A stretch of DNA of 64,000 nt, taken from assembly GCF_004010195.1 (NCBI RefSeq), contig NC_057749.1, forward strand, positions 11,451,540 to 11,515,539, in the 5' to 3' direction. The notes beneath the pieces are model-generated. The model searched no databases. It was not told the DNA's origin and worked only from the letters and a program-made list of their open reading frames with translations. The translations under genes were made by a program, and so were the position numbers. This stretch comes from Chiloscyllium plagiosum (taxonomy: Eukaryota). Below, piece by piece: positions 37,593-50,239 of this stretch. Every line of letters starts with the position of its first letter. Within the stretch, counting starts at the first letter, position 1.

Positions 37593-39461
37593 TCGGCATG
37601 GTTTGTTCCTGTGCTGTATTTCTCTCACTCTAAACTCAGCAGGTTTGGCAGCATGTGTCAGGACAAACTGTGCTTTTTCTCCACAGATGTTGCCAGACCT
37701 GCTGAGTTTCTCTAGCACTCTTGCTTTTTGTTTCAGATTTACAACATCTGCAGTTCTTTGTTTCATTTTTATGTATGGCTTCTAATTGACTGATTTTAGT
37801 GTGCATTTCCCACTCTTTAATGTAACTTTATTTAAAGACTACATTTGATTCATGACGACATGCGTACTTCATTATGGAAGATCAAATATTGTCGTAATGC
37901 ACACAGTCAACTCAGTTTCATCAGCGTATACCTGTTTTGGACAGCATTTTCAAAACCAGTGACTTCTATCATCTAGAAGATTACAGTTAGCCAGCACATT
38001 GGAGCAATGTCACCCACAAGTTCCGTCCAAATCTTACACCAACTCCAATTGAAAGTATGTTCTTTAATCATTGCTAGATCAAAACCTGGAACTCCTCAGT
38101 GCCACTGGTAGACCTACACTGTATGAGCTGGAAAAACAAAATGAAGTGCTCGTTACTTTTAAGGGCCATTACATTGGCATTGCCAGTGACACCTGAGTGA
38201 GGTTTTGTTTAATAAGTCCAGGATTGCAATGGATGGCAAATTATGCATATATAATTGGTTTTTCTACATGGCATCTTCTGAATTGCTGCTGGGAGGAAGC
38301 AATTGTTATCAAATGAGTTAATTCCCTTAAAGTCAAATAAATATAGAAAATGCTAGTGGAAATCTCTCTTTGGCAGCACATTAGATGTTTTGAGTTAAAT
38401 TTAAAATGATCTTTTACTGTATGAAGTATTTTATTGCAGCAATCCTTCAGGACTGTCAGAATGTTACCTGAAGAATGTGCCTGCTAAGTCCTAAATCCAG
38501 ATCGATATCTTTGTTTTTGTTTAGTTGATGTTTACTCTTGATTCAAAAAATCTGTATTTCAGTGATACCTGCAGTCATTTATTTCCCTCAGAATTGTATA
38601 GTAAGAGTGAGAATAAATGATGCTGTTTTGGAAAGAGTGGACTTGAAAAGTGTATTCATATTTTATCACCTTATCTTTCCATTTCACAACTAGACTTAGT
38701 GTATGTCTGGGTATTTGTGACTAAAGCCTTATATTCTTGCTAGTCTTCATCATTAATTCTCAAAGGAGCACTTGCCTTAAACAATAATTTGCATTTATAT
38801 GCAGCCCTTTATTGTAATAAATGTTAGTGTTTCACAGTATCAAACAATGATGTGACCATGGTAGAAGAATGGAAGAGATGACCATATAAAGGCAGTTTTG
38901 CACATTTGAATTTTTTTGAAAGAAGGGAGTGCAGGAGAAGTGGTTTGAGGGAAGAAGTTTCAGAATGTCAGATAAACTCTTAAAGGTTATGTATTTTATG
39001 TATTTTCTAGTTGTTCGTGCAATGGTGGACTGTTGAAGAACGAAAATTTATTGTACAAAAAAATTTTATGCACTTGTAGAACTTGACTGTCGCTAGTTGG
39101 ACAGCATTTAAATGCCCTCCTCTCGCTGTACTTCAGTGGTCAGCTGCCTTTTTGAACCACTGCAGTCCATGTGCTGTAAGTAGCCCCTTAATGCCACTCA
39201 GGGAATTCCAGGACTTTGACTCAGTGACAACGAAGTAATGACGATCTGTTTCCAAGTCAGGATGGTGAGTGGCTTGGAGGTGCAATAGACTAGATCATGT
39301 TCTGTAAAGGGTGGTGCTGAAGCCATACTTTGAGTTGGGGTTGAATTCAAGATCTTTATTTGCAATTGTAAGAGAGTGAAATGTCTGAGCACTTAATGTC
39401 AGTAGTTTAAAACAAAGTATAAAATCAAGCCATGTAAACAGCTATGAGATGACCAAAGTCT

Positions 39462-40070
39462 TAGAACATAGATAGAACATAGAAAAGTACAGCACAGAGC
39501 AGGCCTTTCGGCCCACAATGTTGTGCTGAGGTTTAATCCTAATGTAAAATATAATAACTTACGCATCCCTCAGCTCACTGCTATCCATGTGCATGTCCAG
39601 CAGTCGCTTAAATGTCCCTAATGACTCTGCTTCCACAACCACCGCTGGCAATGCATTCCATGCATTCACAGCTCTCTGCGTAAAGAACTTATCTCTGACG
39701 TCCCCTCTATACCTTTCTCCTAATATCTTAAAACTATGACCCCTCGTACCAGTCAATCCTGCCCTGGGCAAAGGTCTCTGGCTATTGACTCTATCTATTC
39801 CTCTCATTTTGTGTACCTTGATCAGGTCTCCTCTCTTTCTCCTCCTCTCCAGAGAGAGAAGTCTGAGCTTATTCATAAGGCAAGCCCTCCAGTCCAGGCA
39901 GCATCCTGGTAAACCTTCTTTGCACCCTCTCCAAAGCCTCTCTGTCTTTCCTATAGTAGGGCGACCAGAGCTGGACACAATATTCCAAGTGTGGTCTCAC
40001 CAGGGACTTGTCGAGCTGTAGCAAAACCTCACGGCTCTTAACCTCGATCTCCCTGTTAATGAAAGTCAAA
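39462..40070 (-). mobile_element. CR1 3' fragment
   Basis: LVRPHLEYCVQLWSP; TAGAACATAG repeats at the tail. Confidence 0.9.
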
Positions 40071-40569
40071 GAAGCTAGTTTTCAAGGAGTATTTGAAAGG
40101 AGGAAAGAAAGGTTAAGGGGACAAGGGAGGAAATTCCAGAGCTTGTGATTAAGGCAGCTGAAGTCACAGTGGTGAAGCATTTAATTTTGGGATGCGTAGA
40201 AGTCTAGAATTATAGAGGTGCGGATATTGCATGGCACTGTGGTGGGAGAATCTGTTGAGATGGAGTGGGTCGAGGCCATGGGGGTATTTACAGAACAAGG
40301 ACAAAAATTTTAGAATGAAGCTGTTTGACGAAGAGTTACTGGAAATCAGTGAGCATCGGTAGCAGGGGAAATATGATGTCTTGCAAGTTAAAATGTAGGT
40401 AATTAAGTTTTGATGGATGGTGAAACGTGGGGGATCAGCTAGGACTGCATAGGAATAGTTGAGAAAGGGGGGAACTGGAGGAGGAAGTGAACAAATGATA
40501 AAAGTGCTTCATTGTATCGGACCCAAAACATCTCTGGAAAAGGCTAGCCTAATGGCAGCCATATTGCCA

Positions 40570-41710
40570 TTGTTATAAAAATCTCACTCATCTGAACTCC
40601 AGGGAATATAATCTTAACTGATCCAACCTCTCCTCATCTGTCACTCCTGCCATCCTTGGAACCAGTCTGGTAAAAATCCTGGAATACCCTCTCTAATGGC
40701 ATTGTGTCAACCCACAGCAGACGGACTGCAGTGGTTCAAGAAGGCAGCTCACCCCCACCTTGTCAAGGGCATCTAGGGACTGGCAATAAATACAGGCCAG
40801 CCAGAATGCCCACATCCCACAAGATAATTTTTAATAAAAAACTTTGCTGCAGTCCTTTTAAAACAAGAACATCTTTTCTCAGATGCGACCAGACATGCGC
40901 ATAATATTCCAGGTATGGTCTCATCAAGGCCCTATATAATTGTAGCATAACATTTTTGTTCATGCACTAAAATTCTGTGTGAAGGCCAACATACTGTTTG
41001 TCGTCTTTACCACCTGCTGCACCTGCATATTTACCTCCATTGACTTGTGTGTATGGACATCCAGATCTCATCCCCCTCTCTCCATTACAGCTATTAAGAT
41101 AATCTTCCTTCCTGTTTGTGCTGTGAAAGTGGTTAGCTTCACATTTATCCACATTATACTACATCTGTCATCTCAACTTGTCTAAATCTTAAGGATTGCT
41201 GCATCATCATCACACTCCCTCCAGCTTTGTCATCTGCAAATTTGGAAATACAATAATTCATATTGTGAATATCTGGGTTCATAGTCTTGATTGCTGTGAT
41301 ATTGAGGAGGAGAAAGTGAGGACTGCAGATGCTGGAGATCAGAGCTGAAAATGTGTTGCTGGAAAAGCACAGCAGGTCAGGCAGCATCCAAGGAACAGGA
41401 GAATCGACATTTCGGGCATGAGCCTGAAGAAGGGCTCCTGAAGAAGGGCTCATGCCTGAATCGTTGATTCTCCTGTTCCTTGGATGCTGCCTGACCTGCT
41501 ATGCTTTTCCAGCAACACATTTTCTGCTGTGATATTGAGCTAGTCTCTGTCTGCCAGTTTGAAATGACCTGTTGATTCTTTGTTTTCTGTCTGCCTGCCA
41601 GTTTTCCGTCCATCTCATCAATACATTACCCCATTCCAATGCACTGAGTTTACATGCCAATCTCTTCTGTGTGACTTGGTCAAAATCCTTGTGAAAATTG
41701 AAATAAGCCA
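40570..41710 (-). mobile_element. Old CR1 RT fragment with nested L2 tail and palindromic pLTR
   Basis: LYRALMRPYLEY; ISKFADDK; AYFNFHKDFDQV. Confidence 0.75.
41307..41524. mobile_element. Palindromic family A pLTR insertion
   Basis: Exact 15-bp TSD TGCTGTGATATTGAG (41292-41306, 41525-41539); tandem CTGAAGAAGGGCTC at the centre. Confidence 0.88.
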
Positions 41711-41712
41711 CT

Positions 41713-42263
41713 ATAGAACATAGAACAATACAGCACAGAACAGGCCCTTCGGCCCTCGATGTAGCACCGACATGTGAACTATTCTCAGCTCGTCTCCCAT
41801 CACTATCCCAAAATCATCCATGTGCTTATCTAAGGATTGTTTAAATCTCCCTAATGTGGCTGAGTTGACGACCTGAACAGGTAGGGCCCTTACCACTCTG
41901 TGTAAAGAACCTGCCTCTGACATCTGTCTTAAATCTATCACCCCTCAATTTGTAGTTATGCCTTCTCGTACAAGCTGACATCGTCATCCTTGTAAAAAGT
42001 CTTTCACTGTCTACCGTATCTAATCCTCTGATTATCTTGTATGTCTCTATCAAATTCCCCCCCTTAGCTGCCGCCTTTCCAATGAGAACAGATCCAAGTC
42101 TCTCAGCCTTCCTCATAAGACTTTCCCTCCAGACCAGGCAACATCCTGGTAAATCTCCTCTGCACCCTTTCCAATGCTTCCACATCCTTCCTGTAATGGG
42201 GCAACCAGAGCTGTACACAATATTCCAAGTGTGGCCGCACTAGCGTTTTGTATAGTTGCAGCA
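41713..42263 (-). mobile_element. CR1 3' fragment
   Basis: LQLYKTLVRPHLEYCVQLW; ATAGAACATAGAACA tail. Confidence 0.9.
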
Positions 42264-42899
42264 TTTGTAGCTGCACTATTGTAGCTGTTTTCCATTTCTC
42301 GCTATTAAATCTGCTATGCAGGCCTTGAGTAATTGACACACTTACTCATGACATGGGAAAAGAGCAGTGACCACTCAGCACGAATGAACCATGACCTCTC
42401 CGCCAAGCTACAGGGTTTCACAGGTTATATAGAATTACAAATAACTGACCGTTAATTACAGAACAATGCATGTATAACAACATTTGGCGGTCCATGTAGC
42501 ACACTGTTTGCAGAAGTTAGTAGCAGATAAACAGTGGTATGGTTCCAACAGAACTCCTGTGTATAGAGAATTATCAGCGGCTGAGGGGATACAGCAGCAA
42601 GGTCAGCAAAAGAATTCTCGTAAACAACTTCAGTTAGAAAACAGCTCAGCTTAAAAAAAAAAGGTTCCCTCAGAGGACAGCCTGGTTAGGGTCCTAAAAA
42701 TAGTTTATGCAATCCTTCCCTTTTTTTCACAATCAAAGGAGCAGGTCAGGAGCTTCAGCAAAAGGGGGACTACAGCCAGAACCAGGGGGGTTGTCTGGTG
42801 GGGGAAGCTTGGAATCGGGTGGGTGGCCCTCTGAATCGGAGTGGTCAGACCCAATGGGTTCTAGATCCGGATGTTCTGCGTAATGGCAGGGGTTTTCAG

Positions 42900-44470
42900 A
42901 AAGGGGAATCATGGTCAATTGGGAAGTCAGTGGGATGGAAGGCAGCAGTAGTGAGCTGAAACACGCAAAAAATGCTTAATGAAAATAATAAGGAAGGCAA
43001 GAAGTACAGAAACGGCAAGCACAATAAACCCTTGTCAGAGGGTGCTGCCCCAGGAACCGAGCCAGGAGCCCATCCAACTTCACGAGTCCCACCAGGAGCC
43101 GAGTTCACGGAGTGTAGAGGCTGCTTATTGAATGTGTTGAGCAAGGTTGGTAATGTTCTCACTGGGGTCGGATGTAGGTACAGCAGTCAGAGCCAATGAG
43201 GGCACATGTGCCACCCCCCCCCCCCCCACACCTTTTGGCTAAAGCAATTCTGTTCTGCAAGGCAATGGTGCGAATGTCAAATCACCTTTGCACTAAGCTG
43301 GTCCAGGGCCGCTGCCATAGCGTTCGATATTTCCTCCCCGGGTCATGACCATTCGCCTACCCTCTATCTCCAGTCAGACAGCTGCATAAGAGGGGGAGAA
43401 GATAGCAAGAACCTGCTCAAGTGTGATAATTGCTCTCTTGCTGCAAGCCCTTGGCTTCTCGAAAGGAGAGGAGTGCAAATGGTAAATAAAAGGGGCCACG
43501 TACCCTCAGTAGCAACTCCCAGTCCAAGTGAGTGGCAGCTAAGGGTAGGCCTTGTGACTGCACATGAAGTAGATGCCATTACAGGTTCTCAAATGATTAT
43601 GATTTGGAGACGCTGGTGTTGGACTGGGGTGGACAAAATTAAAAATCACAACACCAGGTTATAGTCCAACAGGTTTATTTGGAAGCACTAGCTTTCGGAG
43701 CGCTGCTCCTGATAACAACCACCTGATGACAACCACCTGATGAAGGAGCAGCGCTCTGAAAGCAAGTTCTTCAAAATAAACCTGTTGAATGATAACCTGG
43801 TGTTGTGTGGTTTTTAACTCAAATGATCAGTCTGAGTTCCAGTCAAGAAGGTTGGGAATGTGGTATATTTGGCGGTTTAGTTGAGAACTTTAAGGTTAAG
43901 TATGCTCTCATCTGATTTGGACTGAATTGTGTAGAGATAAGGAGCAGGGGATGGGCACATCTGATGCAAGCATTCCATCCTGACGAATGGTCGCTTTTCA
44001 AGCAGATGGATCCCATGGATGTATCCCTTCCTGTGGTGTTGATGAGGAGCAAGACTGGGGGTTCAAATGAGAGATTGTACCGAGGTTGGAACCAACCCTT
44101 AAATTTCTCCATTTTATAGCCTGCTGATTTCCAGCGTATCTGGCTGCTGTTCCCAAAAGTCCCTATTTTAATCATGGATGGTAACCAACTGTGGAGTTGC
44201 AAGGTTTGACTTCAGAGGGCCTATCTTGTTCCAGCCACTATTCGGCCGTGTCGGACATATTAAATGGAATGGGCCTTGGGGAATGCTTCCCTGGGAGTGT
44301 ATGGGTATATGGGCACACATCCAGCAGCTGGAGTGATTGACTTGTTGAGCTTAGATAAGTCATGTAAAGAAGGCTGTTGGCACGCAATTCCCAATTGCTA
44401 GGGTTCATCATGCCGTTCTCTCTGCTCCACTCACGTCCAGTCAATGTCACTAAAGCAATGAGCAGCATGG
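42900..44470 (-). pseudogene. env: Retroviral envelope remnant (SU and TM)
   Basis: Manual translation: signal-like MLLIALVTLTG; NGIYFMCSHKAYP*LPLTWTGSCY*GYVAP; IRTIALQNRIAL (truncated immunosuppressive domain); TCALIGSDCCTYI (CX6CC); hydrophobic LLCLPFLYFLPSLLFSLSIFCVF. Confidence 0.82.
43598..43817. mobile_element. Palindromic family B element inserted in env, hammerhead-like core at ~43737-43766
   Basis: Exact 10-bp TSD CTCAAATGAT (43588-43597, 43818-43827); CTGATGA-A-GGAGC-AGC-GCTCT-GAAAGC. Confidence 0.82.
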
Positions 44471-44599
44471 CAACTATTCGGCATCTACCACTGCTGTCGG
44501 GAGAGCTGGTGCCTCCTGCGCCGTCTATTCGCGTCCCCTCTGGTGCGGTGCTCTCTTGCATCAGGTTCCATGTGTCCAATTGGGTCTTCCTTCGACCTT

Positions 44600-45340
44600 G
44601 ACAGCTGTTTGGGTTATCAGGAGGACCCAGGGTCTTTCTCCTTTCTAGGAGAGAGAGAGAATTTTTGTCAAACGATTTTATCATGACATAGTCCCCAGGC
44701 TGGAAAGGAAACATTGGCTCAACTCAAGGCATGGGAATGACCTCTTTCACTTGATCATGGTTACGGGTGATCATTTTACAGAGTGCTTTGACAGAATCTA
44801 GTAGGGCCACCTTATCAGGAGCAATGGCATATCCACAGGGAGCTTTGGAGGACTAGCCGCTGGACGCATCGGTCTGCCCATCAGGACCTCAAAGGGAGTA
44901 AGTTCCATGGTTCTGTTGACTTGGTTCTTTATGGTGTACAGGGACAAAGACAAGGCGTCTGGCCACAACAGGCCCATGTTCTGTGTAATTTTAGTCAGGG
45001 TAGTTTTAAGTGTATCATTCATCCGTTCCACCATACCGGAAGACTGGGGCTGATAGGGAATATGATATTTCCACATGATGCCCAGTGCCTTACTAAATTA
45101 TCTGTGACGGCTGCTGTAAAGTGGGTTCTTCTATCACTGTTAATACTACCCAGAAATCTAGGGATGACATCTTTCATAAGGCATTTGACCAATGTTCGCG
45201 CACCATCCTTCCATGTAGCAAAGGCTTTTGCCCATTTAGAGAACATGCTGATAATTAGCAAAATATATCCTATTCAGCGGATGTGAGCAAAATCAATCTG
45301 CAGCTGAGAAAAGGCTCCTTGTCGGATTGGCACATGGTTA
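44600..45340 (-). pseudogene. pol: Retroviral integrase remnant
   Basis: FSQLQIDFAHI; MFSKWAKAF..VIPRFLGSINSDRRTHFT; HIPYQPQSSGMVERMNDTLK..TPFEVLMGRP; FQPGDYVMIK. Confidence 0.9.
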
Positions 45341-45904
45341 TATTTAGCTTCAAGCTTACCATGGGCGGCCAGGACATGCAAAAGGGATTTGGAGCGAATG
45401 ATACATCCATCAGGGTGCATTAGCCTCTTAGATTCCTTAGCGTCCCTGTGGACCCAGCTGTATTTCTCGGCTAGCGGAGCAGCCTGCTGTGCCGACCGTA
45501 CTCCTTTGTTAGATCGGTAGCTGCCGGAGTTGCTTATATTCTGGGAACACATGGTGGGAGTCAATGCGGCAGTCAGCACAAGTATTTCTGTGGGTGATGG
45601 GATCATCCGCAGCGATATGGGCGGCGGACTTCATAACGGCTATATTAGCGGGAGAAAGAAAAGTCTGTAACAGATTGTTGAGAGCTGAACATGTTGCAGG
45701 GGTCTTCCAGAAAAGTTAATGAACCCTTTGCTTTGCTGAGCTCATGCACCAGAACCCAGACAAAGTGGGGCACTCGCCCTCCCTTTACTGCATAATTTGT
45801 TGGAAAGAACCATTTCCTGACCGTTAGAACTATTTAGTATCAGTTTGGGACAGTGAAGAAAATGACTATAGGGGATCACACCAGGCAGTGACCCCCCCCC
45901 CCCC

Positions 45905-46036
45905 CCCCCCGATGAAGGGCTTTTGCCCGAAACGTTGATTGTCCTGCTCCTCGGATGCTACCTGACCTCCTGTGCTTTGCCAGCACCACTCTAAACTTGA
46001 CTCTGATTTGCAGCATCGGCAGTACCCATTTTTCCT
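45905..46036 (+). mobile_element. Family A pLTR variant, 5'-truncated in the hammerhead
   Basis: GATGAAGGGCTTTTGCCCGAAACGTT preceded by poly-C. Confidence 0.72.
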
Positions 46037-46049
46037 TGAATCAATCCAG

Positions 46050-49000
46050 TGCCTCTGGCAGCATTTTAGCGATTCGGAATAATGGGCCATAGCGTCAGAG
46101 ACTATGTCGGCATCCTCGGCGGATTGGGTTCAGACCCTGGAACGCAGAGTGCGAGCCTTGGAGGGGCAGAAAGAACATCCGGTTGCTGGGGCTTCCTGAT
46201 CGGGAGGAAGACAGCCAGCTCGTCAGCTTTTTGGAGTAATGGCTCCCACAGTTTCTAAGGCTGGGTTGCAGTGCACAGGCCTGGATCGGACCAGCACCCC
46301 CGCCTGGTCCTAGTGCGACTCGAACATTATAGAGACAAACAAATGATGCTGGAAGCCTCGAGAGCACTGGGAAAAGGATCCTCAGACTATAACATATAAA
46401 AGATCACAAATTATGCTTTTCCAGGACTTCTCTCCAGTCATGATTCTCAAGAAGAAGGCAAGAGAGAAGAGATTGCAGAGCCTATGACTTTGATCTTTAT
46501 ATTGGGGTCATAATTATTTCTGTTTCCTCTCCCTTCCTGTTATCCTTTGTTTTCCTGGGTTCTCTTTTCTTATTATTTCCTTTTGTCCTTTTTAATAGTT
46601 TTGGATGGTGGGGGGGAAGGGGAGGAAGAGGGAAGAGGTCTTTTTTTTGTTCTGCCAGGAGTGCCTAGGATTACAGTATGGAGGGGACAGTTTGAGTGCC
46701 CACTTTTAACTTGTTATAAGATATTGGTATTTTCTTCTTACTTTGTGTTGTCTGAGGTGGGGGCATGGTGGGGCTAATGGGTGGGATGAACGCCCCCTGT
46801 GGACAAGGGGGAAAGTCTCCTTTCCGTTGTGTTATATATTGATATGTTGTAGAAGTAGGTGTTAGAGGTTTTGATTTAGTAGTTTTGGAAGTTGCATTTT
46901 TAAACTTGTACAAACTGTTTTATGGTTTTCACTCTGCACGCTATGAGTTGGATTCTTCCTCCACGGGGATGGGGGTGGTCACGGACCGTTTCGGACGATC
47001 ATGGCTACCCATTCATTTAAATGGTGCACCTGGAATGTTAAGGGGAGTCATTCACCAATTAAGAGGAAAAAAGATACTGTTAAGCCTTAGAAAAAAAGAG
47101 GGTCGATGTAGCCTTGTTACAAGAACCGTACTTAACTGATAAGGAGCATTTGAAGTTGCAACAGGAATGATTCGTCCAGGTGTTTTTCTCATCCTTTAAC
47201 TCGAAAAGTAGAGGAGATGCTATTCTCATCTGGAAGAACCTCTCGTTTCAAATGCTAGGCCAAATTAAGAATGAGTGCGGGCGAATCATAATTCTTAAAG
47301 CTTTAATACGCAGAGAGGAATATGGGATTCTGAATGTATATTGCCCCCTGGCACGTCCCCTTAAATTCGTAACGGATGCGCTTTCTAGATTGATAGCCCT
47401 TGAGGCGTGTCAAACAATTGTATGGGGGAGACTTTAATTGTATTATTGACCCTGAGGTGGACAGGATACCTAGGGGTCTTGCGGGTATGTCTCCGCAATC
47501 CAAACAGTTGGTGGACCTGAACATGGAATTGGAGTTGGTGGACATGTGGAAATGTCTTCAGCTGAAGGTAGGGATTTCACCTTTTTTTTTCTAATCCGCA
47601 TAACTGCTATTTGTTTTTTGTCCCATTGGCCTTTTTGAACTCGGTGCTGTCTTGCAGAATAGGGAATATAGCCCTTTCTGATTATGCGGCAGTGTACATG
47701 GAGGTCAAGGCTGGTGGTGGTGGGATGGGCTCCTGGCACTGGAGCATGGACCCTTTCCTCCTGAATGATAGCAAGTTTATAAGAGTACGTTTTGTGGGAG
47801 TTTAAAATCTTTTGGGATATTAATTTAGGTATGGCCAGCAACCCATTGATGTTATGGGAGACTGCCAAGGCCTATGCACGGGGCTTGCTTATTTCTTACT
47901 CTGCGACTCTGAAGAGGCAGAAGGGGGAACAGTAGTGTTTGCTCGAGGCTCCCTGAAGGCAGCTGAGTTAGCATACTTTGACGTCTATAACTAAATTGCA
48001 GTGGATTACAGCTCTGAGGGCTACTTTGAATGTTGCACTCACCCAAACAGCAGAGAGGGAGATCTCTTTTGCAAAACAGAGATTATTTGAGTATGGTGAT
48101 AAACCAGATAGATATCTAGCATACTTGGCCAGAAAGAAGAATGACCCCCAATCTATTGCATCTATCAGAGAGAGTGCTGGTACTCTTACTTGCAATGCCA
48201 AAAAGATTAAATGCAGCATTTAGGAAGTTTTACTCTGAGCTGTACCGGTCGGAGGGCTATGAGGACAGATTGATGCAGATGGAATCTTTTTTTAAGACCC
48301 TGGATCTTCCGGGTGTAACTTCAGAGCAGGCATCCTTTCTGACTACCCCCCTGACAATTCAGGAAATACAGGAGGCGGTGAGGTTGCTGCAGAGTGGTAA
48401 AGCGCCCAGTCCAGATGAATTTCAAAGTGAGTTTTGTAAGGAGTTTATAGACATGCTGGCTGGGCCACTCTCTTGGATATGTACAATTACTCATGCAGTC
48501 AGGGCTGCCTCCCGTCTTCTTTTGAGAGAAGCAAATATTTCTCTCAGTCCCAAGAAAGGAAAAGCCCCAGAGGATTGCACTTTGTATAGGCCCATCTTGT
48601 TACTGAACATGGATTTTTAAAATTCTGTCGAAAATGCTGGTGTTAAGATTGGAGAGGGTACTGCCTTTTATTGTAAACTGGGACCAGGCGGGTTTTATTA
48701 AGGGTGCTCTCTCTCCCGCCACTATTATTTACAGTGGTGATTGAGTCGCTGGAGGAAACCATCTGGATGATCCCAATATAACTGCCCTGGAGGTAGGGTC
48801 AGACAGGCATAAGATCACCCTTTATGCGGATGACGTCCTTCTCTTTTTAACTGATCCAATGACATCTGTGCCCACTTAATAAAAGTGATTAATCTATTTG
48901 GTTTGTTTTAGGGTATAAAATTAATTTCATGGAATCTGAGGTCATGCCTCTAGGGGTTATTACTAGCATATCCAATTTTGGGGATGGAACCTGTTTCCCT

Positions 49001-50215
49001 TCTGGTGGTCGCAGGGAGGTTTTTTGTATTTAGGCGTTTTTATTACCCCAGTTTTTGATCAATTATATAAGCCAACTATGGGTAGTTGCTAGAGAAGATA
49101 AGGCACTGGGAGGATCTTCTGATATTTTGGTTGGGGCAGAATAGCTCTGGTTAAGATGAATGTTTTTCCTGGCTTATTATATACCATACAAATGCTCCCT
49201 TTGATGTTGCTAAGGCGAGCACTGCGCAGGCTTTACAGTTGGCTTGGTTTTTTTATTTGGCCTCATAGGTGGCCTCATTAAGCTGGATAAATTGTACCTT
49301 CCACAGGAGAGGCGGGGTCTAGACTTTCCGGACTTTAAGAAATACCAATTGAGTTCTTTTCTATTCTATGTGGCTGAATGGGCCTGTTGGGATCCTTGAT
49401 CCTAACATTGGACATTGAGGCCTCCCAGACAAAATGCCCTCTCATTAATTTGTTGTTTATGGACAAGATGAGAATTGTTATGGATCACTGCAAAAATCTG
49501 ATTGTCCTAAACACAATAAAAGCATGGAGAATGATGCGGCAGGACGAGGGTAATTTACCAAAGAACTTCCCCTTTCACTCCCATAGTGGGAAAGTTGGGA
49601 TTCCAGCCGGGTTCGATGGACTCTGGTTTTTAGCTCTGCGAGCCCAGCGGAATCTCTTGTTTGGGAGATCTATTTGTTGGGGAGGTCATGATGTCCTTCG
49701 AACAGCTGAGTCAGATGTTCGAGCTACCAAGGAGCGATCTCTTTTGTGACTTCCAGGTTAGAGACTTCATACAAAAAAAGACTACATTGATGGTTAGTCC
49801 CTACAAGTAGATTAGATTCCCTACAGTGTGGAAACAGCCCTTCGGTCCAACCAGTCCACACAGACCCTTTGAAGAATAACCCATCCAGACCCATTTCCCT
49901 CTGACTGATGCACCTAACACTATGGACAATTTAGCAGGCCAATTCATCTGACCTGTACATCTTTGGACTGTGGGAGGAAACCCACGCAAACACGGGGAGA
50001 ATGTGCAAACTCCACACAAACAGTCACTTGAGGCTGGAATCGAACCTGGGACCCTGGTGCTGTGAGGCAGCAGTGCTAGCCACTGTGCCACCCCTAATAT
50101 GTAGGGAATCTAATATAATCTACTTGTAGGGACTAACCATCAATGTAGTTTTTTTTTGTATGAAGTTTCTTGGACGTGGAGAGGAGAGTGCTCCAGCCTT
50201 ACGGCTCCCTCTTAG
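46050..50215 (+). mobile_element. Decayed L1-clade LINE (ORF1 remnant, ORF2 endonuclease and RT)
   Basis: RKNIRLLGLPDREE (~46168, L1 ORF1); TWNVKG..KRKKIL..LLQE; SSFNSKSRGDAILI; GGDFNCIIDP; LSDYAAV; FEYGDKPDRYLAY; LQSGKAPSPD; YRPILLLNMDF; ITLYADDVLLFL (~48813). Confidence 0.9.
49808..50093 (-). mobile_element. HE1-like SINE inserted in the L1
   Basis: A box TGGCACAGTGG, B box GGTTCGATTCC; homologous to 32400-32715. Confidence 0.88.
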
Positions 50216-50239
50216 TTAGCATTACCATAACAGCTGCTT

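Larger units (their letters stand above)
42280..45830 (-). mobile_element. Decayed endogenous retrovirus (class I, gamma/epsilon-like): pol 3' end, env and probable 3' LTR
   Basis: Integrase followed by env; polypurine tract AAAAAAAGGGAAGGA (plus 42713-42728) directly before TG at 42711; TATA-like CTATATAA at ~42424-42431. Confidence 0.85.
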
